Assembly: GCF_009797935.1 (NCBI RefSeq)
Contig: NZ_VOLC01000004.1
Location: forward strand, 192,820 to 256,819
Direction of reading: 5' to 3'
Length of the DNA: 64,000 nt
Source: Lunatibacter salilacus
GTDB lineage: Bacteria > Bacteroidota > Bacteroidia > Cytophagales > Cyclobacteriaceae
The position numbers and the translations under genes are program-made. Under the pieces are notes generated by a model. It did not search any database. It was not told the origin of the DNA and was given only the letters and a program-made list of their open reading frames with translations. Of the stretch, positions 40,973 to 51,212 are shown in pieces. Within the stretch, counting starts at the first letter, position 1. The number at the start of each line of letters is the position of its first letter.

Positions 40973-41410
40973 TCATTTTTCACTGAGACCTTGGTTTTTT
41001 AAATCTATCTGCTCTTTCACATGCTGTATAAACCGCATTCTTTTGTAATCAAACCACTTCTGCCGATACTCCCCAGAGTTGTCGATCTCCCATTTGAAGT
41101 TTTGAAATGGTTTTCGACGGTCTAATGCATCGAATAGCTTTTGACGCAATTTTTTGTCATCAACCTCCTCCGCAAAACCAGCCATTATCCGGAAAGACTC
41201 CCGCGATTCGAAACCTTCAAACTCAAAATAATCCCTCCAATTATCCTCTATCTCTTTGATATCCTCCTCCCAAGGTTCCTCGTCACCCCCGCCAAAGCTG
41301 TCAAAATTAATAATCGTTCGGATCGCACCTGTTTTTAAGTTGTAATAGCACTTCATTCCACACTCCAGATTATCAGCGATTTCTTCAATTTCCTTTTCGC
41401 TTAATTTCAT
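40973..41410 (-). CDS. hypothetical acidic cytoplasmic protein
   Basis: 145 aa; no recognisable motif; good codon continuity. Confidence 0.3.
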   Translation of the reverse strand: MKLSEKEIEEIADNLECGMKCYYNLKTGAIRTIINFDSFGGGDEEPWEEDIKEIEDNWRDYFEFEGFESRESFRIMAGFAEEVDDKKLRQKLFDALDRRKPFQNFKWEIDNSGEYRQKWFDYKRMRFIQHVKEQIDLKNQGLSEK

Positions 41411-41499
41411 TGTATTAGAGTTTCATAGTTTCGACGTGCTTAGTGATTTATTCCCCGTATAGTAAATCCATATATTTCACTAAATTACTTGAATAACTG

Positions 41500-41940
41500 T
41501 TAAATCCCGAGTGTTATCAGATGTTTCACATGGTGGTAGGTCAAGGTTGCTTTTATACATTCCTTTAACTCTGACACGGGGATTTTTTGATTTAGCTGAA
41601 AAATGATGGCCCGGTTTCCCTCATACTGAAACATAGGGCCAAATACGATCCTAAAGGTTTCCACCAGGCGACTGGTACATTGGAAATACATGGCATATTG
41701 GTCGGAGGCCCGTTCTTTCCAATCCATGCGCAGGGTGCTTCCATGTTTTGTCACAAAACTGGGTTCGCCCCATTTCAAGGTAATTTCTAATTCTTCAATG
41801 CCAGCCGTTTCTTCAGCTGTCTGAATTACCAACTCTTTTAGGTATAGCATCTTATCCCGAACTGAGTCAGGATAGTTTGAAAATATTTCGTTGACTTTTG
41901 GGTCTGTTTTTAAAATAAGTTTTGACATTTGTTTCTTCAA
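41500..41940 (-). CDS. DUF1801 (YdhG-like) domain protein
   Basis: LKWGEPSF...GNRAIIFQL pattern typical of DUF1801. Confidence 0.5.
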   Translation of the reverse strand: MKKQMSKLILKTDPKVNEIFSNYPDSVRDKMLYLKELVIQTAEETAGIEELEITLKWGEPSFVTKHGSTLRMDWKERASDQYAMYFQCTSRLVETFRIVFGPMFQYEGNRAIIFQLNQKIPVSELKECIKATLTYHHVKHLITLGI

Positions 41941-42208
41941 TAGTTGTCAACTTTACGTGGCGGTAAACAAGGTAAAAATTTTAATAATTAGTAATTCGTT
42001 TGTATTCAAAAATGTTTCGGAAATACAGCGGAATTCCCATTCTAAACATTATTCATTTCATATACAAATTATTCTATGTATTTGATAAATGAAAGAATTA
42101 TGTTTTAAATTTGGCTTACAGGACACAATTAAGGTGATCGGTCATTCAACTTTTCCAGATTATACTTTACTTTCTAAAACCGGACAACATTACTTTTTAC
42201 AATAACAT

Positions 42209-42440
42209 TACAGGGGTGGTGGAACGTTACAGTTTGAAGCTACCCCTTGGTCTTATCGTTGGACATCCCAAGGTGATGCAGCTGTTCTGTCACAACCGTA
42301 TATTCAGTGGAAGCACAAGGTGAATGATGACATTTCCTTTGTCGCCGGCTTGCACAGCCAGTATTATTCGCTTACTAATAGTTGGTCTGTTAAGGGCTGG
42401 GTGAGGATACCGGAGAACAGTTTACCACTACGGAATTAGA
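42209..42440 (+). pseudogene. start-less C-terminal fragment of a beta-rich (outer-membrane-like) protein
   Basis: Open frame HYRGGGTLQFEATPWSYRWTSQGDAAVLSQPYIQWKHKVNDDISFVAGLHSQYYSLTNSWSVKGWVRIPENSLPLRN-stop; a stop immediately upstream and no start codon. Confidence 0.25.
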
Positions 42441-42444
42441 CGAG

Positions 42445-42723
42445 GTGAATATGAATCAGGTGTTCAATCAATACAGGGATAAATTCAATATCCCATTTCC
42501 GGATGAAATTCGTAGAATTCGCAAAAAATATGGATTATCGGCAAAAAGGATGTCGGAGATACTGGGATTTGGAGTAAACAGTTATAGGAATTACGAAGCG
42601 GGTGAAATGCCAAGTATTGCCAATGCCAAATTAATTCAAATGGTTGACGACCCATCTTATTTTTTGGATATGGTTGAATTATGCGGCACGTTGGATAATG
42701 AGGTGAAACCAAAATTTATATAA
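42445..42723 (+). CDS. small HTH-domain protein (antitoxin/regulator-like), partner of the downstream Panacea-domain gene
   Basis: 92 aa; RKKYGLSAKRMSEILGFGVNSYRNYEAGEMP HTH-like segment. Confidence 0.4.
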   Translation: MNMNQVFNQYRDKFNIPFPDEIRRIRKKYGLSAKRMSEILGFGVNSYRNYEAGEMPSIANAKLIQMVDDPSYFLDMVELCGTLDNEVKPKFI

Positions 42724-42768
42724 AAAGCACAATTTCTAGTCGAAGAAAGAAAGAGGAATATTTTTCTT

Positions 42769-43304
42769 TTGAACCTTAAAGATTATTTATTGGGTGACCC
42801 CTTAGCAGATATTTATTCAGGATACAGAAATCCCAATTTGGAAAAATTAGCCGAAATGGTAGTGTATTTCTCTGAACAAATGGCGCCATTCAAAGCCAAA
42901 ATGAACAAATTGTTATTCTATGCCGATTTTTTAATGTTCAAACGAAGCTGTTTTTCCATTAGTGGCGTTAGATACAAGGCTATTGATATGGGGCCTGTTC
43001 CCTTTAATTTTCAAGTATTTTTGAATATTTAGCCAACAATGATATAATAGATATCTACACTACCGAGTTTCCGCAAGGGTATACAGGGGAAAACTTCATG
43101 GCAATCAAAAGTAGGCCATTTAGTTCCGACTTATTTTCAGTTAATGAATTGGAAGTTTTGGAAAAAATAGCAACCTTTTTTAAGACTATTGGCACAAATG
43201 AAATTAATGAGATGAGTCACCTCAAAGAAGCCTGGAAGAAAAATGAAAAAGAAAAAAGAGTAATAAGGTATGAATATGTGTTTGAATTAAAGTTAGAAGA
43301 TTAA
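42769..43304 (+). pseudogene. Panacea/DUF4065 (SocA-like antitoxin) domain gene split into two frames (42769-43032 and 43098-43304)
   Basis: KLLFYADFLMFKRSCFSISGVRYKAIDMGPVPFNF matches the DUF4065 core. The downstream ORF continues the domain after a frame break with stops in between. Confidence 0.45.
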
Positions 43305-43373
43305 TGGAATTTTATAATGTATGTTTACTCTCAGTGCGCATTTATAAACTTTAAAGACCTGTCCTACAAAACA

Positions 43374-43528
43374 TTAGTCCGTATCAAGTAGCCAGTGAAA
43401 AAGGTTTAAATGCCTCAATCCGTTTCTGTCTTGTATGAAAAAATCCGTCGTAAGCAAATATTTGGGATAGTTGTCGTTGATTTTTTCCAATGCCCCAAAC
43501 TCACGTTCGATGGTATTTTCGCTTGTCA
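43374..43528 (-). pseudogene. C-terminal remnant of an AAA-ATPase (DUF4143-type) gene
   Basis: Minus-strand frame MTSENTIEREFGALEKINDNYPKYLLTTDFFIQDRNGLRHLNLFHWLLDTD-stop. Recalled as resembling the C-terminus of Bacteroidetes AAA_14/DUF4143 ATPases; stop codons upstream. Confidence 0.3.
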
Positions 43529-43853
43529 TTTGCAATGGCTTGGAATAGAGCTTGAAAAAATATTTCGGACATTAACCCTTACAAAGCTAATCTACAATAT
43601 TCCACCACAACCCCAAAAAACCAGCTTGAATCTCCCATTAAATTGCTCAATATGCATCAGGTTTATCCTCCTTACACCGCATAAGACCACTTCTGAACTT
43701 CGAGTATGAGGCTCTGTAGATGACATAGATACTCCCAACTTTAGTCCACGTTATTTTCCCCATCCAAATAACACTTCCCCGTCTCCTACGTTCAAATACC
43801 TAAGCCTCTGCAATTCCAGCGGCGCAAAAACCAAACCATACCCCAAGCCTACC

Positions 43854-44633
43854 ATGATCAAACCAACCCCCGATACCCTGCTTACCGATCCCCGCCTGCC
43901 GCAGCTTACCCAACACCCAGACCAGTATACAGAAGAAGACCTTCAGGTGTGGAAGCTGCTTTTTGAACGCCAATATAAGTACCTACCTAAGGCTGCATCG
44001 AAGGTGTATTTGGAAGGATTGGAGGCCATTGGGTTTACCGCTGACCAAATACCGGATTTTGCCGATGTCGACCGTAGACTAGGCATGATGACCGGATGGT
44101 CGGTTCAGGTAGTCTATGGTCTTATTGATGACGATCTTTTCTTTGGTTTGCTAAACCATCGGCGTTTCCCCGCCTCTACATGGCTCCGTAAGATGGAGGC
44201 GCTTGACTATTTGCAGGAACCGGACATGTTCCATGATGCCTTTGCCCACCTTCCCCTGTTGACAAATGCTGCCTATACGGGTTATATGGAGGACTTAGCA
44301 GGTATTGCGCTCCGATATATGGACAATCCGCTAGCAATTGATTTGCTGTCACGGATCTATTGGTTTACTGTGGAATTTGGGCTGATCCGAGAGGATGGCG
44401 AACTGCGGGTGTACGGTGCTGGAATTATCAGTTCGGCAGGCGAAACCAAATTCAGCCTCTCCGACGAACCCAAGCACTTGGACTATGATGTCAGCCTGAT
44501 CCTAAACACGCCCTATTGGAAAAACAAGTTTCAGGACAGGTACTTTATCATAGACAGCTTTGAGCAACTGTATGACTCTATCCCGGAGATCAGTCGGCAG
44601 TTGGAGGTTGAGTTGGAGAGAGACGAATTGTAA
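43854..44633 (+). CDS. phhA: phenylalanine 4-hydroxylase (monomeric bacterial aromatic amino acid hydroxylase)
   Basis: EPDMFHDAFAHLPLL (iron-binding His pair), GWSVQVVYGL, YWFTVEFGL. Confidence 0.85.
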   Translation: MIKPTPDTLLTDPRLPQLTQHPDQYTEEDLQVWKLLFERQYKYLPKAASKVYLEGLEAIGFTADQIPDFADVDRRLGMMTGWSVQVVYGLIDDDLFFGLLNHRRFPASTWLRKMEALDYLQEPDMFHDAFAHLPLLTNAAYTGYMEDLAGIALRYMDNPLAIDLLSRIYWFTVEFGLIREDGELRVYGAGIISSAGETKFSLSDEPKHLDYDVSLILNTPYWKNKFQDRYFIIDSFEQLYDSIPEISRQLEVELERDEL

Positions 44634-44690
44634 ATTACGAATTACGAATTACGTATTATGAATCGTAATTCGTAATTCGTAATTCGTAAT
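44633..44690. repeat. heptamer microsatellite palindrome (AATTACG)x3 ... (CGTAATT)x3-4 forming a ~21-bp stem hairpin
   Basis: Read directly: aattacgaattacgaattacg-tattatgaat-cgtaattcgtaattcgtaattcgtaat, immediately after the phhA stop. Confidence 0.6.
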
Positions 44691-44823
44691 CATAACCAAA
44701 CAATCATCCCCCGTGAAAGTAAATTAAATTCCAATTTCCTCGGTCAACGGGCGAAAAACAGTAAATTAGCGGCCTGAATGGGAGAAGGCGTGGCAAAATC
44801 CGGCTTTTCCGACATACTAAACC

Positions 44824-45408
44824 ATGAATGTAGCCGTAATCAAATACAACGCCGGCAATGTGCAGTCGGTACTTTATGCACTGGAAAGGCTGGGGGCAAA
44901 TGCCTCGCTGACAGACGACTGGGAGACTATAAAGAATGCCGATAGGGTCATCTTTCCCGGACAGGGAGAAGCAAGCACTGCTATGAGTTACCTTAAGGCC
45001 CGGAAACTGGATCAGTTGATTCAAGAATTGAAGCAACCCTTTTTGGGCATTTGCCTTGGTCTGCAGCTTCTCTGCGATCATTCCGAAGAAAATGATACTC
45101 CCTGCTTGGGTATCTTTCCCGTGCAGGTAAAGAAGTTTCCTCCCTACGACAAGGTACCCCATATAGGGTGGAACAACCTGGAAAACCTAAAATCACCGCT
45201 TTTGGAAGGCTTGGACGAAACGGCTTATGCCTATTATGTGCATAGCTTTTATGCGGAGATTCATCCCGATTACACCATTGCTACAGCGCATTATATGCTG
45301 GATTTCAGTGCCCTGCTGCATAGAGACAACTACTACGCTATGCAGGCCCATCCTGAAAAGAGTAGCACGGCCGGGGAAAAAATATTGACCAACTTTCTGA
45401 ATATATAA
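44824..45408 (+). CDS. hisH: imidazole glycerol phosphate synthase, glutamine amidotransferase subunit
   Basis: GICLGLQLL catalytic Cys, HIGWN, class-I GATase pattern. Confidence 0.9.
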   Translation: MNVAVIKYNAGNVQSVLYALERLGANASLTDDWETIKNADRVIFPGQGEASTAMSYLKARKLDQLIQELKQPFLGICLGLQLLCDHSEENDTPCLGIFPVQVKKFPPYDKVPHIGWNNLENLKSPLLEGLDETAYAYYVHSFYAEIHPDYTIATAHYMLDFSALLHRDNYYAMQAHPEKSSTAGEKILTNFLNI

Positions 45409-45412
45409 CGCC

Positions 45413-46132
45413 ATGGAAATTATTCCCGCCATAGACATTATCGGTGGAGCTTGTGTGCGTCTTACACAGGGCGACTACACACAGAAAAAATCCTATTCGG
45501 AGGACCCGGTCTCCGTTGCTAAGTCCTTTGAGGATGCAGGGATACGACGACTACACTTGGTGGATCTGGACGGCGCCAAGCAAAAGCAAATTGTGAACGG
45601 GGAGGTGCTTAAGCGTATCGCTACGGAAACCAACCTCTGGGTGGATTTTGGTGGCGGTATACAATCGGACGAATCCTTGGAGTTGGCTTTTTCTCTAGGT
45701 GCCAAGCAGGTAACCGGAGGAAGCATCGCCATAAAAAATCCCGTTTTATTTGACCGCTGGCTGCAAACCCACGGCGGCGAGAGGATTATTTTGGGTGCGG
45801 ATGCCAAAGACCGGATGATTGCGATTTCGGGTTGGGCGGAAACTACTGAAAAGGAAGTAATTGCTTTTATTGAAGCTTATCGGACGCAAGGTGCCCGCTA
45901 TGTGATCTGTACCGATGTGGCCAAAGACGGACTTCTGCAGGGGCCCTCTCTGGACCTATATCGGGAAATTATGCAGGAGGTTCCCGAAATTCAGCTGATC
46001 GCCAGTGGGGGTGTTTCCTCCATGGCTGATTTAGATGCATTGGAAAATCTGGGCGTATTCGGGACCATTGTGGGGAAGGCCTTTTATGAAGGTCGCGTGA
46101 GCTTGGCCGATTTGGCGAGTTTTGTTAAATAG
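45413..46132 (+). CDS. hisA: ProFAR isomerase
   Basis: MEIIPAIDIIGGACVRL N-terminus; (beta/alpha)8 HisA pattern; follows hisH. Confidence 0.9.
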   Translation: MEIIPAIDIIGGACVRLTQGDYTQKKSYSEDPVSVAKSFEDAGIRRLHLVDLDGAKQKQIVNGEVLKRIATETNLWVDFGGGIQSDESLELAFSLGAKQVTGGSIAIKNPVLFDRWLQTHGGERIILGADAKDRMIAISGWAETTEKEVIAFIEAYRTQGARYVICTDVAKDGLLQGPSLDLYREIMQEVPEIQLIASGGVSSMADLDALENLGVFGTIVGKAFYEGRVSLADLASFVK

Positions 46133-46153
46133 ACTGTTAATAGCCAAGAATAT

Positions 46154-46909
46154 ATGCTGACAAAAAGAATTATTCCCTGCCTGGACATTAAAGATGGACG
46201 CACCGTAAAAGGAGTGAACTTTCTGGAACTCCGGGATGCCGGGGATCCGGTGGAGTTGGGCAGAATTTATGCACAGGAGGGAGCGGATGAGCTGGTGTTT
46301 CTGGATATCACCGCAACAGTTGAAAAGCGCAAAACATTAGTGGAATTGGTAACCAAAATTGCCAAAACGATTAATATTCCTTTTACAGTTGGTGGTGGAA
46401 TCTCAACCGTAGACGACGTAAAAGCCCTGCTAAATGCCGGTGCCGATAAGATCAGTATCAACTCTTCCGCAGTGAAAAATCCTTCGATCGTCAATGAGAT
46501 GGCAAGGGAGTTTGGCAGTCAATGCATTGTGGTGGCTATAGATACCAAAGATGTGGACGGAGTTGATCTCGTGCATACACACGGAGGCCGCAGACCGACC
46601 ACCCTCGTTACTCAGCGTTGGGCACAGGAAGTATGTGACCGGGGTGCGGGGGAAATCCTGCTAACCTCCATGGACCATGACGGCGTTAAGTCGGGCTTTG
46701 CAAACGGCATCACTTCCGAGTTGTCTTCCATGCTTTCCATACCAATTATCGCTTCCGGCGGTGCGGGAACTATGGCGCATTTCAAAGATGTATTTACGGT
46801 GGGAAAAGCGGATGCTGCCTTGGCAGCTAGTATTTTCCACTTTAAGGAAATTCCCATTCCCGATCTTAAAAAGTATTTGCATGGGGAAGGGGTAGCGGTT
46901 CGGCTATAA
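46154..46909 (+). CDS. hisF: imidazole glycerol phosphate synthase cyclase subunit
   Basis: [17 protein letters not shown]-terminus; [10 protein letters not shown]; SGGAG. Confidence 0.9.
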   Translation: MLTKRIIPCLDIKDGRTVKGVNFLELRDAGDPVELGRIYAQEGADELVFLDITATVEKRKTLVELVTKIAKTINIPFTVGGGISTVDDVKALLNAGADKISINSSAVKNPSIVNEMAREFGSQCIVVAIDTKDVDGVDLVHTHGGRRPTTLVTQRWAQEVCDRGAGEILLTSMDHDGVKSGFANGITSELSSMLSIPIIASGGAGTMAHFKDVFTVGKADAALAASIFHFKEIPIPDLKKYLHGEGVAVRL

Positions 46910-46968
46910 GCCCTGGCAACTACCTTATCGGCTTGTAATAAGCCATTACTAATCAAAATAAACAAAAA

Positions 46969-47577
46969 ATGCCACGAAGAGAACTGAATATAGATTTTGA
47001 CAAGGTAGACGGGCTGGTTCCCGCCATTATTCAGGATGCCGCTACCAAGCAGGTTCTGATGCTCGGCTATATGAATCAGGAAGCACTGGCACACTCCCAA
47101 GCCACCGGAAAGGTGACCTTTTTTAGCCGGACAAAACAACGACTCTGGACTAAAGGAGAAACCTCGGGCAATTTTATGCTGATTTCCGATATGCAGTTGG
47201 ATTGTGACGGGGACACCCTGCTTATCTATGTAAATCCGGTGGGTCCAGTTTGCCATACAGGCGATGACACCTGCTTTGCGGATACCAACCATTCCAAAAC
47301 CCACTTTATCGACCGCCTGCGGCAGGTGATCAAAGACAGGAAAAACAACCCTTCGGACACCTCTTACACAGCATCCCTTTTTGCCAAAGGCATCAACAAG
47401 GTGGCGCAAAAAGTAGGGGAGGAGGCAGTGGAGATCGTAATCGAAGCAAAGGACGACAATAAGGAACTCTTTATGGGAGAAGCTGCCGATTTGCTTTACC
47501 ATTACTTGGTCTTACTCGAAGCCAAGGGCTATGAATTGGACGAAGTTATGCAGGTGCTGATTGACCGGCACAAGTAA
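46969..47577 (+). CDS. hisI: bifunctional phosphoribosyl-AMP cyclohydrolase / phosphoribosyl-ATP pyrophosphatase
   Basis: HisI core GLVPAIIQD...FSRTKQRLWTKGETSGN...DCDGDTLL; HisE C-terminus (EEAVEIVIEAKD...). Confidence 0.9.
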   Translation: MPRRELNIDFDKVDGLVPAIIQDAATKQVLMLGYMNQEALAHSQATGKVTFFSRTKQRLWTKGETSGNFMLISDMQLDCDGDTLLIYVNPVGPVCHTGDDTCFADTNHSKTHFIDRLRQVIKDRKNNPSDTSYTASLFAKGINKVAQKVGEEAVEIVIEAKDDNKELFMGEAADLLYHYLVLLEAKGYELDEVMQVLIDRHK

Positions 47578-47594
47578 TTAGTTTTCGTTTTTCC

Positions 47595-48077
47595 ATGGAA
47601 TTCCTATTTGTTTATGGCACCCTTCTCACTGATGTAAAGCATCCTAAGGGAGAAATGCTAAGAGCCTTAGCAAGCTTTATAGGAAAAGGCCAGATACCCG
47701 GAACTCTATATGATTTAGGAGAATACCCCGCTTTGGTAGCGTGTAATGAGACTAGTTCTTCGGTTCTGGGAGAAGTATATGACTTAAGCAGTTGTCCAAA
47801 TCTTTGGGCCGAACTGGATGAATACGAAGGAATCAATGACTCCGATACTCCCGAATATACCCGGGAAAAAGTATTAGTCACAACAGCAGATGCTACCCTA
47901 ACTTGCTGGACCTATATCTACCAAGGTATTGTCCAAAATCTTGTACCGATTGAGGGCGGGGATTATTTAAGCTATTTTAAAGAAAGGGAGGACCACAGAG
48001 GAGACGGAGAGACTAAGGGACTCAGAGAACATAGAGATCACGGAGAAGGCAAAGATGATATAGAGAAAAGTTTATAG
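47595..48077 (+). CDS. gamma-glutamylcyclotransferase-like (AIG2/GGCT family) protein with charged C-terminal tail
   Basis: LFVYGTLL...GTLYDLGEYPALV motif. Confidence 0.7.
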   Translation: MEFLFVYGTLLTDVKHPKGEMLRALASFIGKGQIPGTLYDLGEYPALVACNETSSSVLGEVYDLSSCPNLWAELDEYEGINDSDTPEYTREKVLVTTADATLTCWTYIYQGIVQNLVPIEGGDYLSYFKEREDHRGDGETKGLREHRDHGEGKDDIEKSL

Positions 48078-48344
48078 AAACTTTTTGTTCATCAAGAACC
48101 TCTGTATTCTTTCGGGATACGGATTTTTGCAATTGATTTCCGTTAAAAGAATCAGCTTTACCTAAGTTCTATTTTTTTTTACATTGAATTGGATAAAATG
48201 CTGATTTTGAGGGTAATGGTTCCTATTTTATTACCGTAAATGTTTCTATGTAGCCACAATAGAAACTGAAAATAATTTCCTGTACTTCAGGATCCTCCGT
48301 TCCCTTAATGGGGTTAATTTTTAAACTTTGCGGTCTCCCCGAAA

Positions 48345-49370
48345 CTAATTTCCCGCCAACTCAGGTACAACAGGAGTGAGGTTTACAACTTGTTCCAGAA
48401 ATTCTATACTTCCAGCCAGGACCTCCTCCCAACTTTTGGAAGTAATACTGGATGCGATAACATGATCCCCGCTCTCAGGAAATGCCGTTTTTCGTTTTAA
48501 ATGATCTGGAGTATTCACCTGATCGTACATTTCCAACATCGCAGGTACGGACACCACCTTATCTTGGTTTTCTTCATCTTTGTAATAATAGCCCATATAA
48601 AGCGGCTGTTCCACTGCTCGGAACGTAGTCGGATTCATTTTGCTTCTTAGCAGTATGGCCAGGCTGGAATAGGCATTAATATGGTACGCATCCGCCCAAT
48701 ACTTTGCTTTATCGCCTTCTCGGGCCACTTCCTGCACTCCCTTATCGTTAGTCATCACAGCCTTCATCAGCTGCTTTGTCCATGGTTGGAAAAAGGGGTC
48801 CAATTGATTTCCATATTCCTTTATGCAGGGGGAAAATAAAACTAAGGCTTTTATCTCAGGTCGTTCGGAAGCCAAGATCAGGGATAAGGCACCGCCCATG
48901 GATGTCCCGATAACAATAACTGAGTCGCCCAAACTCTGGGCGATTTTATAAGCTTCCCTAGCTCCTTCAACCAGCCTTTCCGGAGTTAGATTTTCAAAGG
49001 CATTCTCCCTTTTTATTCCGTGTTCAGGCAAACGGGTCAGGAATAGATTGGCACCAAAATGCGCGGCAATCTCACGGTGAACGGGATCTCCTTCCATCTG
49101 ACTGGCTCCAAACCCGTGAACGTAGAGAAAACTATAGGGGGTTTTCTGCGGGTTGGAAGGATTTGCCCAAATGATTTTAGCCTCATTGTTGGCCTTGAGA
49201 CCCTGGACCGTATCCTCGTTGCTCTTGATATATCTCTCCAACTCGGAGATATCTCGAGGTACTTCGGGATAGGATCCATTCAGGTCTCTAATTGAATCCT
49301 TGGGTCCAAACATGTAAACGATCGCCAATACAATCGCTATGCCGAGAAGCCAGATGAGTAATTTTTTCAT
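48345..49370 (-). CDS. secreted alpha/beta hydrolase (lysophospholipase/S33-like)
   Basis: Signal-anchor; YVHGFG; GTSMGG nucleophile elbow. Confidence 0.6.
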   Translation of the reverse strand: MKKLLIWLLGIAIVLAIVYMFGPKDSIRDLNGSYPEVPRDISELERYIKSNEDTVQGLKANNEAKIIWANPSNPQKTPYSFLYVHGFGASQMEGDPVHREIAAHFGANLFLTRLPEHGIKRENAFENLTPERLVEGAREAYKIAQSLGDSVIVIGTSMGGALSLILASERPEIKALVLFSPCIKEYGNQLDPFFQPWTKQLMKAVMTNDKGVQEVAREGDKAKYWADAYHINAYSSLAILLRSKMNPTTFRAVEQPLYMGYYYKDEENQDKVVSVPAMLEMYDQVNTPDHLKRKTAFPESGDHVIASSITSKSWEEVLAGSIEFLEQVVNLTPVVPELAGN

Positions 49371-49378
49371 GGAAGAAA

Positions 49379-50179
49379 TTATTTTGCGATATTGTTGTAG
49401 GAAGCCAGCATTCCACGGACCATTGCGGCGCTAAATCCGTGATGCTCCATTTCGTTCAATCCGACAATGGTGCTCCCCTTGGGTGTGGTCACTTTGTCGA
49501 TAGCTGCCTCAGGATGCAATCCCTTTTTGATAATCAATTCCGATGCTCCTTTTACTGTCTGGGTTACGATTTTGTTCGCCGTTTTGGCATCGAAACCTAT
49601 CTGGATTCCACCCTGAGTCATTGCCCGCATAAAGCGGAAGACAAAGGCAATTCCGCAGGCACCCAACACGGTGGCAGCTTCCATAAGATGTTCTTCGATC
49701 AATATATTGACTCCGATACTTTCGAAAACATCCCGGACTAAAATTTCAGTTTCTTCCGAAAAGTCTTTCCCACAAATACAGGTAATGGATTCCTTTATGT
49801 CTGCCGCAATGTTAGGCATCACCCGGAAGATTGCCGTCCCCGGTTCTAAAATCTGCTGCATTTGTGCAATGGTAACGCCCGCCGCGAGCGAAACGATCAC
49901 TTGCTTGTCTGTGCGGAGGACAGGCTTGATATCGTTTAACACCACCTCCACATTATAAGGCTTGACGCCCAATATAACAAGGTCAGCGTCTTTGGCAGCT
50001 TCGGCATTGTCCCCCAAAACGGTTATACCCTGTGATTGCAGGTAAAAGAGGCTTTCCGGATGTCTTTTTGTAACGGTCAATTGCTCTCCCTTATAGGCAG
50101 ATCCGCCCAATAGGCCGTTGACAATGGATAAGCCCAGGTTGCCACAGCCTATGATGGCGATTTTATAATTTTCCTTCAT
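49379..50179 (-). CDS. proC: pyrroline-5-carboxylate reductase
   Basis: IAIIGCGNLG Rossmann motif; P5CR C-terminal dimerisation pattern. Confidence 0.85.
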   Translation of the reverse strand: MKENYKIAIIGCGNLGLSIVNGLLGGSAYKGEQLTVTKRHPESLFYLQSQGITVLGDNAEAAKDADLVILGVKPYNVEVVLNDIKPVLRTDKQVIVSLAAGVTIAQMQQILEPGTAIFRVMPNIAADIKESITCICGKDFSEETEILVRDVFESIGVNILIEEHLMEAATVLGACGIAFVFRFMRAMTQGGIQIGFDAKTANKIVTQTVKGASELIIKKGLHPEAAIDKVTTPKGSTIVGLNEMEHHGFSAAMVRGMLASYNNIAK

Positions 50180-50279
50180 TATTTTTTAAATTCTACTTTC
50201 GGGTCCAAAAGTATCACTTATTGGATGTAAAAACTATATAGAGTATTTGTTTACTTAGTAAAATATCCCTTTGATTTAA

Positions 50280-51041
50280 TTACTCGTATCGATCCTTTAT
50301 GTCCAATGCGGCAATTTCCTGCATCAATTTGGCAAGCTTTTGACTGACGTCCTTCAGGAATTTCTCACCCTTTTCGGCACATGAAAGCTTAGGATCTCCG
50401 ATACCTGTATCCTCAGAGACCATTGACCAGCGTCGCTCCGCCCAGGCCCAACCTTCACGGATTCCCGTTACCTTGGATCTTTTTTCAGCCCCATCTCCCG
50501 CTTCTTCCAATGGAAGCACTAGGTCGGGGTGGAGAAATTGGATGATGCTTGTTTCCATCTCGTCGGCATGGTCTCCAGCCTTTTCAAAATATTGGGATTT
50601 ATCCATGGATTGAAACCAATTGCAAGTACTAAAAAACATGTCCGGATATTGTAGACCAATTTCCCTTAGCATCGTTTTGAAATCATTCCCCCCGTGGCTG
50701 TTCAAAATCAGTAATTTGGAAATCCCCTGCCGGTCAAGTACTGCTACGATGTCCTTAAGGATAGCAAGCTGGGTACTGGGATTAAGGTTGATATCCAGAT
50801 AAATGTCTGACTGCCCTGTATTGACACCAAAGGGGATGGTAGGAAGGATCATCACTTTTGCCCCTGCCTCCCAGGCAATCTTACCGGATGCGTGGGCTAT
50901 GGCGTCGGCTTCGAAAACGTCCGTTCCATAGGGTAAATGATAATTGTGGGCCTCTGTGGCGCCCCAAGGCAAAACTACCAAATCAACGGGGCTGTCTTTG
51001 AGTGCTTTCCAGTTCGTTTCTGCTAATATATATGGTCTCAT
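50280..51041 (-). CDS. creatininase-family amidohydrolase
   Basis: Start at the internal Met (MRPYILAETNW); LPWGATEAHNYHLPYGTD creatininase motif. Confidence 0.7.
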   Translation of the reverse strand: MRPYILAETNWKALKDSPVDLVVLPWGATEAHNYHLPYGTDVFEADAIAHASGKIAWEAGAKVMILPTIPFGVNTGQSDIYLDINLNPSTQLAILKDIVAVLDRQGISKLLILNSHGGNDFKTMLREIGLQYPDMFFSTCNWFQSMDKSQYFEKAGDHADEMETSIIQFLHPDLVLPLEEAGDGAEKRSKVTGIREGWAWAERRWSMVSEDTGIGDPKLSCAEKGEKFLKDVSQKLAKLMQEIAALDIKDRYE

Positions 51042-51212
51042 AGAAATAAATAACGTTAATTTAAAAAGCCAATCTTCTCTGTTGGTGTAAATAAAACATA
51101 ATTTTTTATCAAAAACCACCTTACTTTTCAGAGAAGCATTTATCTTGCAACGAAGTGAATGCGATGTCCGTCTTATCGCAGGTGTCAATATAATAAACTT
51201 ATAACTAAAACA

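Noticed and set aside
43410-43709. 99-aa plus-strand ORF
   Set aside because: It has no motif. The region is better explained by the minus-strand ATPase C-terminal remnant and by decay of the accessory patch.
44704-45162. 152-aa minus-strand ORF overlapping hisH
   Set aside because: It is antisense to a clearly recognisable hisH and begins inside the heptamer hairpin region.
46612-47502. 296-aa minus-strand ORF spanning hisF/hisIE
   Set aside because: It is antisense to two confidently identified his genes and is Cys/Gly/Arg-rich with no domain.
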